Assembly: GCF_001194135.2 (NCBI RefSeq)
Contig: NC_068987.1
Span: 16,041,021 to 16,105,020, forward strand
From: Octopus bimaculoides
Taxonomy: Eukaryota
Length of the DNA stretch: 64,000 nucleotides
Reading direction: 5' to 3'
Program-made: the position numbers and the translations under genes
Shown: positions 52,411 to 64,000 of the stretch, in pieces
Position numbering within the stretch: the stretch's first letter is position 1
How the letters are laid out: the number at the start of each line of letters is the position of its first letter
The notes under the pieces: model-generated
The model's database searches: none
Seen by the model: only the letters and a program-made list of their open reading frames with translations
What the model was told of the DNA's origin: nothing

Positions 52411-54419
52411 GGGGCTATAGTCACCAACTTCGTCGTATTATTTGTGTCTACAGAGCTTGTTTGTAGATCTCCATTCCATTCTGTATGATAGCAGTCTCAT
52501 TTCTGTGACTGCTAGTGAGAAAGACAAAGTAAAAGGAGTGTATGCAGATAGATTAACAGTTGTGTTCTCGCGCTCATGACAGGACTTACCAGAGGTTAGG
52601 AAGATAGCCATGCTTATTTGTAGGTGCCGAATTACCAAAACAGCGCGACTAATATTCGCTTGTGTATTTATAACCTTCGTAATTTAATTAAGTCAACCGA
52701 AAGCAATAGGATTATTCCCTATATCAGGCTTGACCCGTGAATGCCTCGAAGAAAGTCTAAGAGGTCAATTTTTTCTCTCAGTAACTTCTCAGTACAGAAA
52801 AGCTAAGACAATAATACGAGAACTTGCTTGACAATGTGGAAAAATGTGGATTCACTTTTGAATCTTAGCTAAGGTATTCTGTAGCTGTTCGCCGCATATT
52901 TATGTGTGTGTGTGTGTAAAGTATTGGTGATGGAAGTAGTATAGTACCGAAAATCAATATTTATATTCAGCTTAGCGTGGATGTCTTGTTAGAACACCGG
53001 AGACCGCGTTATTAGCCGTTAGAGAACCGCTCATATAGGCCCTTGGTGCATAACAACACACACATAGATCGTTGTAGATGAGAATTGTTTGATTTCAGTC
53101 TACTGGACATCATCAGTATGTGGTGGGAGGTGGGGTATCCGGTCACCACATTCTAGACCAATCTCGCAGCTACGATATAAATCAGGCTGAAACACTGCAG
53201 TGTCGCAAACTCTTTCCCCTCAATGAATCGAGTGTGTTGTGAACATTGACTGACAGGAAAAGTTGTTCTCTGTAGACAAAATACACCAGCGATACGCATA
53301 TTCACGTTCGAATCCGCCGGAACGTATTAAGAGTAAATATGTACGTCATTGTTTAGATCATCACTGTTCTCCTTGCATATGATTAATTACTATGTACAGT
53401 GAGTTCTCTGAAAACTCTTTATCTTTTGACAGTATATTGTCCAAATCTAAAAATCTTTTATTAACAAAAAGGTTAATAAATACGCGCCGAAAGTGTAACG
53501 GAGTAGAGGTAGACCAGTCATCGCATAATTTCGAATGGGAAGAATCACGTGTTTTGTAGTTTTAATGGAGTCAAAACAATAAATGCTTTCTCGTTAGTTT
53601 TTTTTCTGCGCAAACTCGCTCATTCACAGACGTACTTCAAGACTGTTTTCTTATCTTCAGATAATAAGCTTGTTCTTTTCTTTGATAGCACGAGAGTTTT
53701 GTGGAATTTCTGGAATCTTGAGATGATCTTCTCTCCTCAAATGCAGTTGGTTTTAATTACCATTTGGTAATTATGATACATGTTCTAGAGGCGGGGATCA
53801 TTTTGATAAATAAAGAATTTTTGTTGTATGGATTTTAACATACTGGTATTTGTCTAAGATTAAATAAAGGATATTATTGAAAAACAACCTCTTTATTCAC
53901 CAATTTAAGCTAACTTTATGTTATCTAGTAAACGCGATAAAATCTATTGAAATGAACTTTTGAAAAATGGCAAAGATTACAAAAAAAACATGAGCTCATA
54001 TTTAATACGATAGCTTCAAGGGAAATAATTCTTGCAAGTATTCCCCTTTAGAGTGCCTTCCCTTTAATAAAAAAATTGATTTTATTGGAATATAACATGT
54101 ATGTATATGATTCATATATATATATATAGAGAAAACCACATTAAAAATACAAATCCGAAACCGGAAAAGAGAGGAAAAACGGAAAAAGAGAAACAAAGAA
54201 AGAAAAAAAGAGAACAACACACATCACTTTAACTCCAAGTGTCTCAATTGGTCGCACTTCTTTAATTTCTTGCGTTACTGAATGCAATAGTATTGAAATA
54301 TTTAATTACGATTCAAGTCCCGTCAAATTCAACCTTACACTTCATCCTACCAAGGACGATAAAATATAGCATCAGTAAAGTATTGGAATCGATTTAGCAT
54401 GTTATAGCAGTCGTATGCA

Positions 54420-54620
54420 GACTGCAGAAGTTTCTGAATAGCACGCCCAGAGAAAAACTATCTTTGCTTTTTTTTAGTAGTGCGGCCCACGTGGTCACGA
54501 GTCATCTCCCATGCGGCTCGCTTCTCAAAAAAGGTTACCCGTGCGTGGACTATACACTTCCCTAAAATATTGTCACGAGACCTGCGAGAAACAGCAGCGA
54601 AATCCCTCTCAGATCTCACT
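54420..54620. promoter_or_regulatory. CpG-rich non-repeat patch with an E-box (CACGTG), possible promoter of a neighbouring transcript
   Basis: Local CpG density is well above the AT-rich background. No transcript evidence. Confidence 0.3.
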
Positions 54621-54671
54621 CTTCTTTAAATAAATACAAAAAAAAAAACCGAATGGCATAATGGATGATAT

Positions 54672-54950
54672 ACTGGCACTCCGTCGTTTACGACGACGAA
54701 GGTTCCAGTTGATCCGATCAACGGAACAGCTTGCTCGTGAAATTAACGTGCAAGTGGCTGAGCACTCCACAGATGATTCAGCGTAACACAAAGTGTTGCA
54801 AGACTGCCCCCTTGAAATACAGGTACTACTCATTTTCGCCAGCTGACTGGAATGGAGTACCGTGAAATAAAGTGTCTAACTCAAGAACAAAACGCGCTAC
54901 CCGGAATGGAACTCGCGAGCCGAATACCCTAACCACTAAGCCACGCGCCT
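54672..54950 (-). mobile_element. SINE sharing the family C 3' end but with a different central core
   Basis: Minus-strand head GGCGCGTGGCTTAGTGG, core TTCTTGAGTTAGACACTTTATTTCAC, tail identical in type to 48060-48160. Confidence 0.75.
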
Positions 54951-55299
54951 TCACATGGATGGTATAGTCGGAGATAACTTACGCTTGAACAAACAAGGTC
55001 ATGGTTGGAATGTCTGTGGTAGAAGAAAGACGGGAAGGGGAAGAGATAACGTCACGTCGGCGAGTGAGAAGAAAAGTTTCTCTCTTTTTTTCATGCTATC
55101 TGCGATAGAGAGGTCGTGACAACACAGGTTAAGAATTGAACAGTCTGTCGAGGTAAGGGCGACTTTATTTACGTGCCTTCGAACCACAAGCTGTGAGGAT
55201 ACGTTCGAGAAGTGGATTTTTTATATTTTTCTTTTACTCTTATTCTTCGTTTTTCTTTTCTTTGCTTTTTTTTTTTTTTTTTTTTTTTTTTTTGTAATG

Positions 55300-56616
55300 G
55301 CCACAAAAATCAGAATCGGTAGTAACGTGTTGAAACCATTCACTGGGGAAGACGATGTGGTGGACTGGATAAAGAAGGTGAAACTTGTAGTGAAGTTGCA
55401 GAGAATATGTGCCTAGCCTTATGCTGTTGTACTTAGACGGCAGTGCACTGAATCTCTACCTGGAGATGGATGAGGCGGACCAAGAGAAAGTGGAAAAAAT
55501 TGAAGAGTGGCTGAAGGACACCTACACGGAAGGGGCTTTTAAAGCCTATAGCATGTAGCTATGTCAAAAGGCGAGCAGAAGGAGTGAACTGGAGTGATAA
55601 AGTGGGAGAGAAGACGATGGAGATGATGCGAGACGTCTTGAAGAGAGTACGAGCAGAAGATCCAGTGAAGGGCAGCTGGTATGTGGCTGATACAAAGAAA
55701 GGGATCGTATGGTGTGATGCTAGCAGCATAGCATTGGGAGTAATGCTGGAAATAGGTGTTGAGGTGAAGACACAGTGTGGCTTAGGAAGAAGGATGACTA
55801 CAACCACATCAATCTAACCGAACTGGATGTTGTGTTGAAGGGCTTCAAGCTGGCATTGAGATGGGGACTACGAACCATCGAGGTCTGGACTGATTTTGCT
55901 ACAGTGCGTGGGTGGGTGGGTGAAGTCAGTGACTACCAATCGGAAGAGGATTCGCACGAAAGGAGCCACAGAAATAGTGATTAAGCGTCCCTTGGTAATC
56001 CTGAGGGGCTAGTTGCCGAGCTCGACCTGAAGCTGCATGTGCTGTTCATGCCCTCGGAAAAGAATAAAGCGGACGTTCTAACCAGAATGAAAAAGCATTG
56101 GTTGGAAACAGTAGAGGATATTCTGAGTGGGTTAGCAGCGGTTTGTCGGCTGGAGGGTACAGAAATAAAGAGGCTACACGACATGCACCACATGTGGGTC
56201 GACAGGACGTTGTTTTTGGCTAGGACGGTCTACCCCGATGTCAACAGGGAGAGCGTTTGGAGGATGGTGGGAAATTGCAACAGGTGCCAATCGATCGATC
56301 CTGCCACGAGCATACATGAACCAGGAAAAATTCAGGTAGAGAAAGACTGGAAGAGGCTAGCCATTAACGTAACGCACTATTGGGGAAAGGTGTACCGGGA
56401 TGAATGACTATATGGAGAGAAATCAGAGTGGAGACTGCTGCCGAAGTCGCAGAAGTGTTGAATGCGATGTTCTTGGAAGTTTTTCACTTAGAGAAGCTGA
56501 GAGAGGTGCTTGGAAGGTGGAACACAAGACGCTTCTTCAGAGCTGCATACAGGCATGGTAGAAATGGCATTGAACAGCACCACCATACAATTAAATGTTT
56601 ACCGTTTGGTAGGTGA
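55300..56616 (+). mobile_element. Internally deleted LTR retrotransposon relic (gag, RNase H, integrase; Gypsy-like order)
   Basis: gag PFTGEDDVVDWIKKVKLV..LYLDGSALNLY; RNase H VWCDASSIALG, HINLTELD, WTD; integrase HH...C..CQSIDP, WKRLAI, RNGIE.HH.TIK. No RT or protease seen and no paired LTRs. Confidence 0.8.
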
Positions 56617-57929
56617 TCAAGCAGCTGGCGTTTTCTGAAGATAGTATTACAAATGGATGGTCAAGCAGACACACACACTCTCTCTCCCTCTTTCTCTCTC
56701 TTATTTTGGCTGGATATGGCCAGTTTTAATACTAATGAGTTAATGGATGAACGATGGACAGCGAGTTGTATCAAGAAAGAGCTGCAGTTAAGAAAGTTGA
56801 GTGTGATCTAACTGCTATCTCTAGCCATTTATGAGACTGCACTGAGGCTCTGTATTCAAGATTTATCTAGTTATTTGTTCGACTAAACTATCCTGTATTT
56901 ACATGACCAACTTATTTTCCAGTTCTTCAACCCAATTCAAAGTAAAATAAATCATCTTTCTTGTTGTTAATCTGGTTAATCTCATTATCACTCATATTGC
57001 CTTTGCTAAATTCTATTTCAAGTTGTGTATGTTGTTGTTGTTTTTGTTGCTGGCCTCCTCCTTCTTCTTGCCGCTGCTCCTGCTGCTTTTCTTCTTTCTT
57101 CTTTGTCTTCTTCACCTTCTTATTCTTTCTTTTTGGCCCCCTCCTCCCCTCCTCTCTTCTCTGCCTCCACATCAGTGCATTACAGCAGCTATACATCAAC
57201 CTTCCTGTCCCCACCCCCTAGTACTTGACTGGTACTTATACATTATCACCCCCCACACACTCTCTTCCTTCCTCTGTCCCCCCTGCCCCACCTGCCCCCA
57301 ATCCACACAGAAGTGATGAATGGCAAAACTAATCTCAGTGTATCTTTAACACAGAACGTTAAAAAGAAAGATAAAACAAACCATAGACTAAAATACCAAT
57401 ACAGTGAGGCAATTTGTTTGACTCATTAATAATTCTACCAATCCTGCCGCAAATCTGTCCCTCTGAAAATGCTAAAACGAGCTTCAGTTAATGATAACTG
57501 TTTTTGTTGTTTATCTTTTACTTGTTTTATTTATTGGACTGTGGCCATGTTGGTGTAACACCTTGAAGGGTTAAGGCAGGCAAATCACCTCCATTATTTA
57601 CTTATTCTATCAGTCCCTTTTGCCAAACCACTAAGTTGTGGGAATGTAAATAAACCAACACCTGTGGCCAAACACTGAGTGGGGATAAGCACAAACATGC
57701 ATATAAACGTACACACACACATACAATGAGCCTCCACACAGTTTCCATGTACCAAATTCACTCACGAGGCATTGGTTGGCTCAAGCCTATAAGAGAAGAT
57801 ACTTTCCCAAGGTACCACACAGTGGAACTAAACCTCAAACAACATGGTTGCAAAGCAAGTTTCTTAACCAGAATGGTAAAAGGTGTAAAAGCATCATATC
57901 TGACTAGTGTTTTCCCCTATCAGATTCTC

Positions 57930-58356
57930 AAGCATGTGTTTCTGGTGTGTGTGTGTGTGTCTGGCATGTGTTTCTGGTGTGCATTTCTAGCATGTGTTTC
58001 TGGAGTGCATTTCTGGCATGCGTTTTTGGTGTGTGTTTCTAGCATGCATTTCGGGCATGTGTTTCTGGTGTGCATTTCCAGCATGCATTTTTGGCCTGTG
58101 TTTCTGGTGTGTGTGTGTGTGTGTGTCTGGCATGCATTTCTGGCATGTGTTTCTGGTGTGTGTTTCTAGCATGTGTTTCTGGAGTGCATTTCTAGCATGT
58201 TTTTGGTGTGTGCTTCCAGCATGCATTTCGGGCATGTGTTTCTGGTGTGCATTTCCAGCATGCATTTCTGGTGTATGTTTCTGGAGTGCATTTCTGGCAT
58301 GTATTTTTAGCATGTGTTTCTGGTGTGCATTTCCAGCATGCATTTCTGGGATGCAT
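57930..58356. repeat. Degenerate minisatellite of 12-13-nt subunits (TGTTTCTGGTG / TGCATTTCCAGCA / TGCATTTCTGGCA)
   Basis: Periodic sequence that generates repetitive pseudo-ORFs on both strands. Confidence 0.9.
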
Positions 58357-59404
58357 TTCTTTAATGGTGCAATAGCGCAAATCAGTCACTGGCATTGACT
58401 GTTTTTTAGTTAAAGCTATGACTTTGAATCTGCCAAGGGTTAACCCTCTTCTGTTTTCTAATTGAGGAAGGCTAAAATGTCAGAAATGCATGTCTGTGAA
58501 TCAGAGTAGGATGAAGCACTAGGCAGATATTGTGTTTTTACATCTTTTACCAAAAGAGAAGTTTTTTTCTCCACAGTAACTGAAGTGAATTTGCCTTTAG
58601 AGTTTAAAATATGTCAAAACCATATTTTGACTAACTTGGTGGAGATGAATAAATTGTTGAAACTGAACACTTAGTTATTGCCTGGTTTTATAATATCAAG
58701 AAAATAAATGTGTGTATATGTAGACAAGGAGAGAATTTACTACACTCATGTCTCTCGCTCTCTCTTTTCTTTTCTTCTCATGTGGTAAGTAGTAAAATTA
58801 TACTCCATGTATAAGGTGTGAATCTGCTTCTGTACTAAAATTTTTATGAGTGTAAAGAACGCCGGCATGTCTCTTATCAGCAGAAGCAGATAGAAATGTG
58901 CAGATGCCACCTGCCATAAATTCTGTTTTGCAGCAGTTGGAAAATGGATTTTTATCTTGATCAAAGCATCAAAGTAAAAGAAAGACAAGGAAAAAAGAAT
59001 GGTTTTGCTTTGAGAATGAAAGAAAGATGCAAATCTTGAAATTTTTACCCAGTGTAAACTGTTGCTCATTAGATTTTAATTCTTCCTTGCAGAAAATACA
59101 CATCTTTGACAGAGATATACACTGCACAACAGCAAGGTACACATTAAAAATGCTTACATGCAATGTAATTTAATTTTTTAAAATTCAATGGGTGGACTGT
59201 TAACGTGGAGGCTGAATAGATATGTTCTGTGAAAACCGGAGAGCCAGAACACACCTTCTGCGTATACAAATAAAGTGCTGAAGTGGAACGGTTAGCAATC
59301 TTGTGATTTTATACAGGAGGCTATTCCACTATTTACAAAAAAGGCTTACTACATGCGCAAATACACACACACACCCTGGTTGCATTTGGAATTGATGTGG
59401 AGTG

Positions 59405-59594
59405 GAGTGTAGGTAGGTAGGTAGATAGGTGGGTGGGTAGGGAGGTGGGTGGGTGGGTAGGTAGGTAGGTAGATGGGTAGGTGGGTGGGTCTGTTTTAGG
59501 TAGGTAGGTAGGTAAGAAGATAGGTAGGTAGATGGGTAGGTAGGTAGGTAGATTGACTGATTTATTGATCGATAGATACGTAGGTAGGTAGGTT

Positions 59595-59631
<37 letters not shown>

Positions 59632-59730
59632 TTACATAGATAGATAGATAGATTGACTGATTTATTGATCGATAGATACGGAGGTAAGTAGGTAGGTAGG
59701 TAGGTAGGTAGGTAGACAGACAGACAGACA
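59405..59730. repeat. Compound GGTA/GGTG/GATA microsatellite with a 100-bp internal duplication
   Basis: The unique spacer AGATTGACTGATTTATTGATCGATAGATACG occurs at about 59550 and 59650. Confidence 0.9.
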
Positions 59731-60198
59731 CATATATATTATACGTTTGTATGTATCTTTGTGTTTGTGCATGCTCTCAATTAAATCCCACCCAAATTCA
59801 TCTCCACAAAAGAAGGTCTATAAGTTATTACACGTCCTTATGCACCTTTTCTTTATTTGCTCCAAGTTTTAGTAAACAAACCAAGAACCAGTCTATCTTG
59901 AACTCAAACAACAATATATTCAGTGAAGTTTTGTATATTAAAGCATATCTTTACTGAACCCTAATTAACACAGAATGCAATGAATTTAGGTCAGATGTCT
60001 CTTTGTATTTCAATGGAAAAGTTTCTCAATGTGACTGCGTAAGGTACGGTTGTCTGGTTAAGAAGCTTGCTTTGCAATTCTGTGGTTTCAGGTTCTGTCC
60101 CACTACAGGGCACTTTAGGCAAGTGTTTTCTACAACACACTCATATCGATCAATGCCTTGTGAGTGAATTTGGTAGACAGAAACTGTGTTGGGAGCTG

Positions 60199-60292
<94 letters not shown>

Positions 60293-60336
60293 GTGTATAT
60301 ATATATAATGTGTGTGTGTGTGTGTGTGTATGTATA

Positions 60337-60505
60337 TACAAGGTGTTCATAAATTACCTTTACGATTTGAAAAATTCTGAAGTAAATGAAAAATAAGGAA
60401 AACTTCAGCAAACAAATAAAGCTTTATTAGAAACATCAGAACACTTCCACACATCTAGATGGCAAATTGTGGAAGTTGTAAAGATAATTTATGGACACCC
60501 TACTA
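60337..60505. mobile_element. Tc1/mariner-type MITE
   Basis: TACAAGGTGTTCATAAATTACCTTTAC left end and GTAAAGATAATTTATGGACACCCTA right end. Confidence 0.55.
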
Positions 60506-60515
60506 GTTACGCCAT

Positions 60516-61105
60516 CCATCATCATCATCGTCGTTTAGCATCTGCTTTCCATGCTGGCATGGGTTGGACGGTTTAACTGGGGACTGGCAAGCCAGGAGGC
60601 TGCACCAGGCTCCAATCTGATCTGGCAAGGTTTTTACAGCTGGATGCCATTCCTAATGCCAACCACTCCGAGAATGTAGTGGGTGCTTTTTACGTGCCAC
60701 TTGCACTGGGGCCAGTCAGGCAGCGCTAGCATCAGCCACGCTTGAATGGTACTTTTTACATGCCTGATGATTAAAGGGTACTTTTAAATGGGCTGGTTAT
60801 GCGACACTGGCATCAGCCATGGCTTTGATCTCACTTGGCTTGCTAGCTCTTCTCAAGCACAGCATATCTCCAAAGGTCTCCGTCACTTGTCATTACCTCT
60901 GTGAGGCCCAATGTTCGAAAGTTGTGCTTCATCATGGGTCTACTTCTTCCACAGGTTCCCTCCATTGTTAGAATGTTACACTTCTTCACACAGCTGTCCT
61001 CATCTATACACAACACATGACCATACCTGCGCAGTCATCTCTCTTGCACACCACATCTGATGCTTCTTATGTCCAACTTTTCTCTCATAGCCCCTGTGCA
61101 AAGAT
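60516..61105 (-). mobile_element. Older RTE LINE 3' fragment
   Basis: Minus strand reads REKLDIRSIRCGVQER.LRRYGHVLCIDEDSCVKKCNILTMEGTCGRSRP, then the same UTR and tail. Confidence 0.8.
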
Positions 61106-61316
61106 GACGTGCAAATTTGTGAAATGTTCCATATTTTTCAGCCCACTCTGTTGGGGTGGCTGGTGTTAGGAAGGGCATCCTGCTGTAAAAACCGTCAAAA
61201 CAGACACAGAAGTATAGTGCAGGCTCCTGCCTGGCTAGCTCCTGCCTGGCTAGCTCCTGTCAAACAGTATAACCCATGCAAGCATGGAAGGAGAATGTTA
61301 AACAATGATGATATAT

Positions 61317-61395
61317 ATACAGGGTGTGATGGGTAAATTGTTGCCATTTTATATTTTTAATTTCATGCATGCACATTGTTTGTTTTTGATTTTGT

Positions 61396-61398
<3 letters not shown>
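61317..61398 (+). mobile_element. Solo left end of the maT family seen at 10701
   Basis: TACAGGGTGTGATGGGTAAATTGTTGCCAT...TTTCATGCATGCACATTGTT matches 10701-10780; it ends in (TA)n. Confidence 0.8.
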
Positions 61399-61439
<41 letters not shown>

Positions 61440-61953
61440 CAAAGAATATATATGCATGTATACACACATATATGTACATACTTACATCTACATGTGTATA
61501 TAGATGCATATCAGGGTACAGGACGTTAGAAAAATTGCCTCTACAGACCACGGAACGAACACATAGGAAAATAGATAGCCATTTGGAATTATTCCTTTGT
61601 CAGCTGCCTCTATTCTAACTAGACGTTTCGAAGATAAGGCAGAACGTACTCTAGAATAGTCTCTTCCTGAGTAGTGGATCAACCCACTAAACAGAGGATT
61701 CCAAGGTGGCAAACACAAACCAAGACAGGAAAAAATGGACAGTGAAAACAACATTAAAAAGCTGTACGGCCAAACGCGAATCTGATATTGAACGCTAGTA
61801 ATATAACGAAGCTGGAAGTAGAAAAAACAGTTTGTCTCGCCTTCATAGTGGCTGGAGTGAAAAGAGAGAGTTGACCACAGGTCACCCGTGAGCAGAGAGG
61901 ATGGTAGAGGGAGGAAGTAGAACAAGGGGGAAGAGGGAGATATGTATAGCAGT

Positions 61954-61992
<39 letters not shown>

Positions 61993-63664
61993 GGGGGGAG
62001 TGAGGGAGAGAGAGGGAGAGAGAGAGAGAGAGATGTGTGTGTGTGTTTATGATTGCCCCCTGCCCCTTACCACTGCTTGATACTTACTGTAACTTATTGT
62101 TTCAGCAAAAGGGACTAATATAATTAATACCAAACTTACAAATAAACTCTGGGATTGATTTGTTTGGCTAAAACCCTTCAAGGCATTGCCCCAGCATGGC
62201 CACAATCCAATGACAGAATCATGCAAAACACACACACACACATATATTATCGTCATCATTGTTCAACGTCACTTAATGCTAAGCAATATAGCATTGTAAA
62301 TCCAGATGACACAACAGACCAATGTAACAGTATAAGAATGTTGATATGACTCCTGCCGATGCAACCCAGCAATGTAACCGACTTAGTTACATAACCAACT
62401 AACATAATGGAACAAGGCAAGATGGTGTAGAACAACAATATGAGCTGCTGATTTCACTAAGGGATATAATAACTATGTAATATAATGTGTAGCCGAGCAA
62501 TGTCACTGAGTTATATAACTAAGTGTAAGTGACCATGTGGAGTAAAATGATATCAGCATGGAATTTATACAAGTGATATGATATGGTTCATTCATATAAT
62601 TTAATCTGTTGCTTTAACTATGTAGTTAACCAAGTAATTTCAGCAATTACTTAACCATTCTGCTACTATGTTTCTGTTGAAATATACTACAATTGTATCA
62701 GTTATTTTTGAAAATAATGAAGAATTTGAGTAAATGACTTTGTTTAAACATCAGCTTAAATGCTGGTTTTAGTAACATCATCATCATCATCATCCAGTGT
62801 TTTAAATCTAGGTTTTGTCCCTGTTGATGGGGGTGGCTGGATCTACCTCAATGCCATAGCAACTGGGTAGGGCAGGTGCAGCCCACCCCAACCTTTGGGT
62901 TGGCTGGTGCCCATTTTCCCTTGCTATCATGAGGCTTTTTTACCCCCTACATCAGTTTCTAGACGTGAGTGGTTCCGAGACCAAGGCTTCTACCATGAAA
63001 AACTAGCTCAGGAAGGCAGGGACGCTACTCCCTGCTTTTCAAGCAAGGTAATATTTCTCTCATGGCCAAAGATATTTTCATGGAAGATTAGAAGCAAAGG
63101 ATAATGTTTGTATGACAGTAACATTTATTTACAAATTATCATAAAATGTCAAGCAAGGAGACAGATTCACACACACTCGCGCACACACATACACACACAC
63201 ACAAAGACACACACACGCACATTCACTCACACACACACACACACATACACAAACACACTCACACACACAACAAAGCCATGGTTAAAAGTTTAGAATTCAC
63301 ATATATACAAAAATAGAAACACAAATACAGACATGCAACATAGACACACACACACACACACACGACAGGTTTCTTTCAGTTTCTGTTTGCCAAATTCACT
63401 CAAGCCTTCGGTCGGCCTGAGGCTGTGGTAGAAGACACTTGCCCAAGGTACCATGTAGTGGGACTGAATCCAGAACCATTTGATTCAGAAGCAAACTTTT
63501 TTTTTTACCACACAGCCACACCTCATACAATTAGCAGAAACATGGAACAAGCTATCAGGTCGTATTTGCTTGTAATGTCTAAGCTTTATAAGCTCAAAAT
63601 GTGTTGACTGTGTCTTGGTGTTGTTGAATCAGTTTGGCTTGATAGTTATATTTACCATTGGAAA

Positions 63665-64000
63665 TCTATATATATAAAAATGAGAATGTGTGTCTGTCTG
63701 TCTGTCTGTGTGAATCCCTAAAACTCGAGAACTACGCAACCAATTTCATTCAAATTTTACACATGCCTTACTTAGGGTTCCAGTTGTGTTTTAGTCAAAA
63801 AAAATTATTAACTTCTTGCAGAGTTCGAGCACACGGCAACATAATATCTCCTCCACTATTTAAGTATTACGTGTCAAAAGTGAAACAAAAACACTCATGT
63901 CAAATACTTTCACTTTAAAAATGAAACTATTCCACTAACTGAAACAATCACATTTCGATACTGTAGTGACAGATACTTTCACAGAGAGAGAAAGAGAGAA
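63665..64000 (+). mobile_element. 5' end of a Helitron/Helentron-like element, runs off the window
   Basis: A|TCTATATATATAAAAATGAG start followed by a (TGTC)n tract, typical of non-autonomous rolling-circle elements. Confidence 0.6.

Noticed and set aside
56927-57316. Lys/Glu/Gln-rich ORFs on both strands
   Set aside because: Derived from CTT/GTT simple repeats, with no convincing splice sites or motif. It cannot be excluded without RNA data.
57726-58398. Cys/His-rich repetitive ORFs suggesting a metal-binding protein
   Set aside because: They are translations of the minisatellite, open in several frames on both strands.

Overview
AT-rich, gapped eukaryotic scaffold. The microsatellite load, SINE/RTE repertoire and TTAGGG motifs point to a coleoid cephalopod, most likely Octopus (inference). 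The main feature is a + strand Additional sex combs (Asx/ASXL) gene. Nine exons were read by hand (5442-5751, 17478-17858, 29317-29690, 33040-33153, 34246-34346, 35145-35218, 36731-36807, 38250-38281, 39709-43858). All have GT-AG boundaries and compatible phases, giving 5613 nt or about 1870 aa: a DEUBAD/ASXH domain, a long Ser/Thr/Asn-rich region and a C-terminal atypical PHD finger. The start codon lies outside the window or was not recognised. The rest is transposon debris: mariner, maT (DD37D), Helitron, hAT/Tigger MITEs, RTE and HERO-like non-LTR ends, an LTR relic and several SINE families. No prokaryotic system or CRISPR array is present. The best leads are a diverged in-frame copy of an Asx exon segment, a frame-sensitive 32-nt exon before the terminal exon, a TTAGGG-carrying dispersed element, a head-to-tail SINE array and a candidate convergent minus-strand spliced transcript. 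All need expression or homology data.
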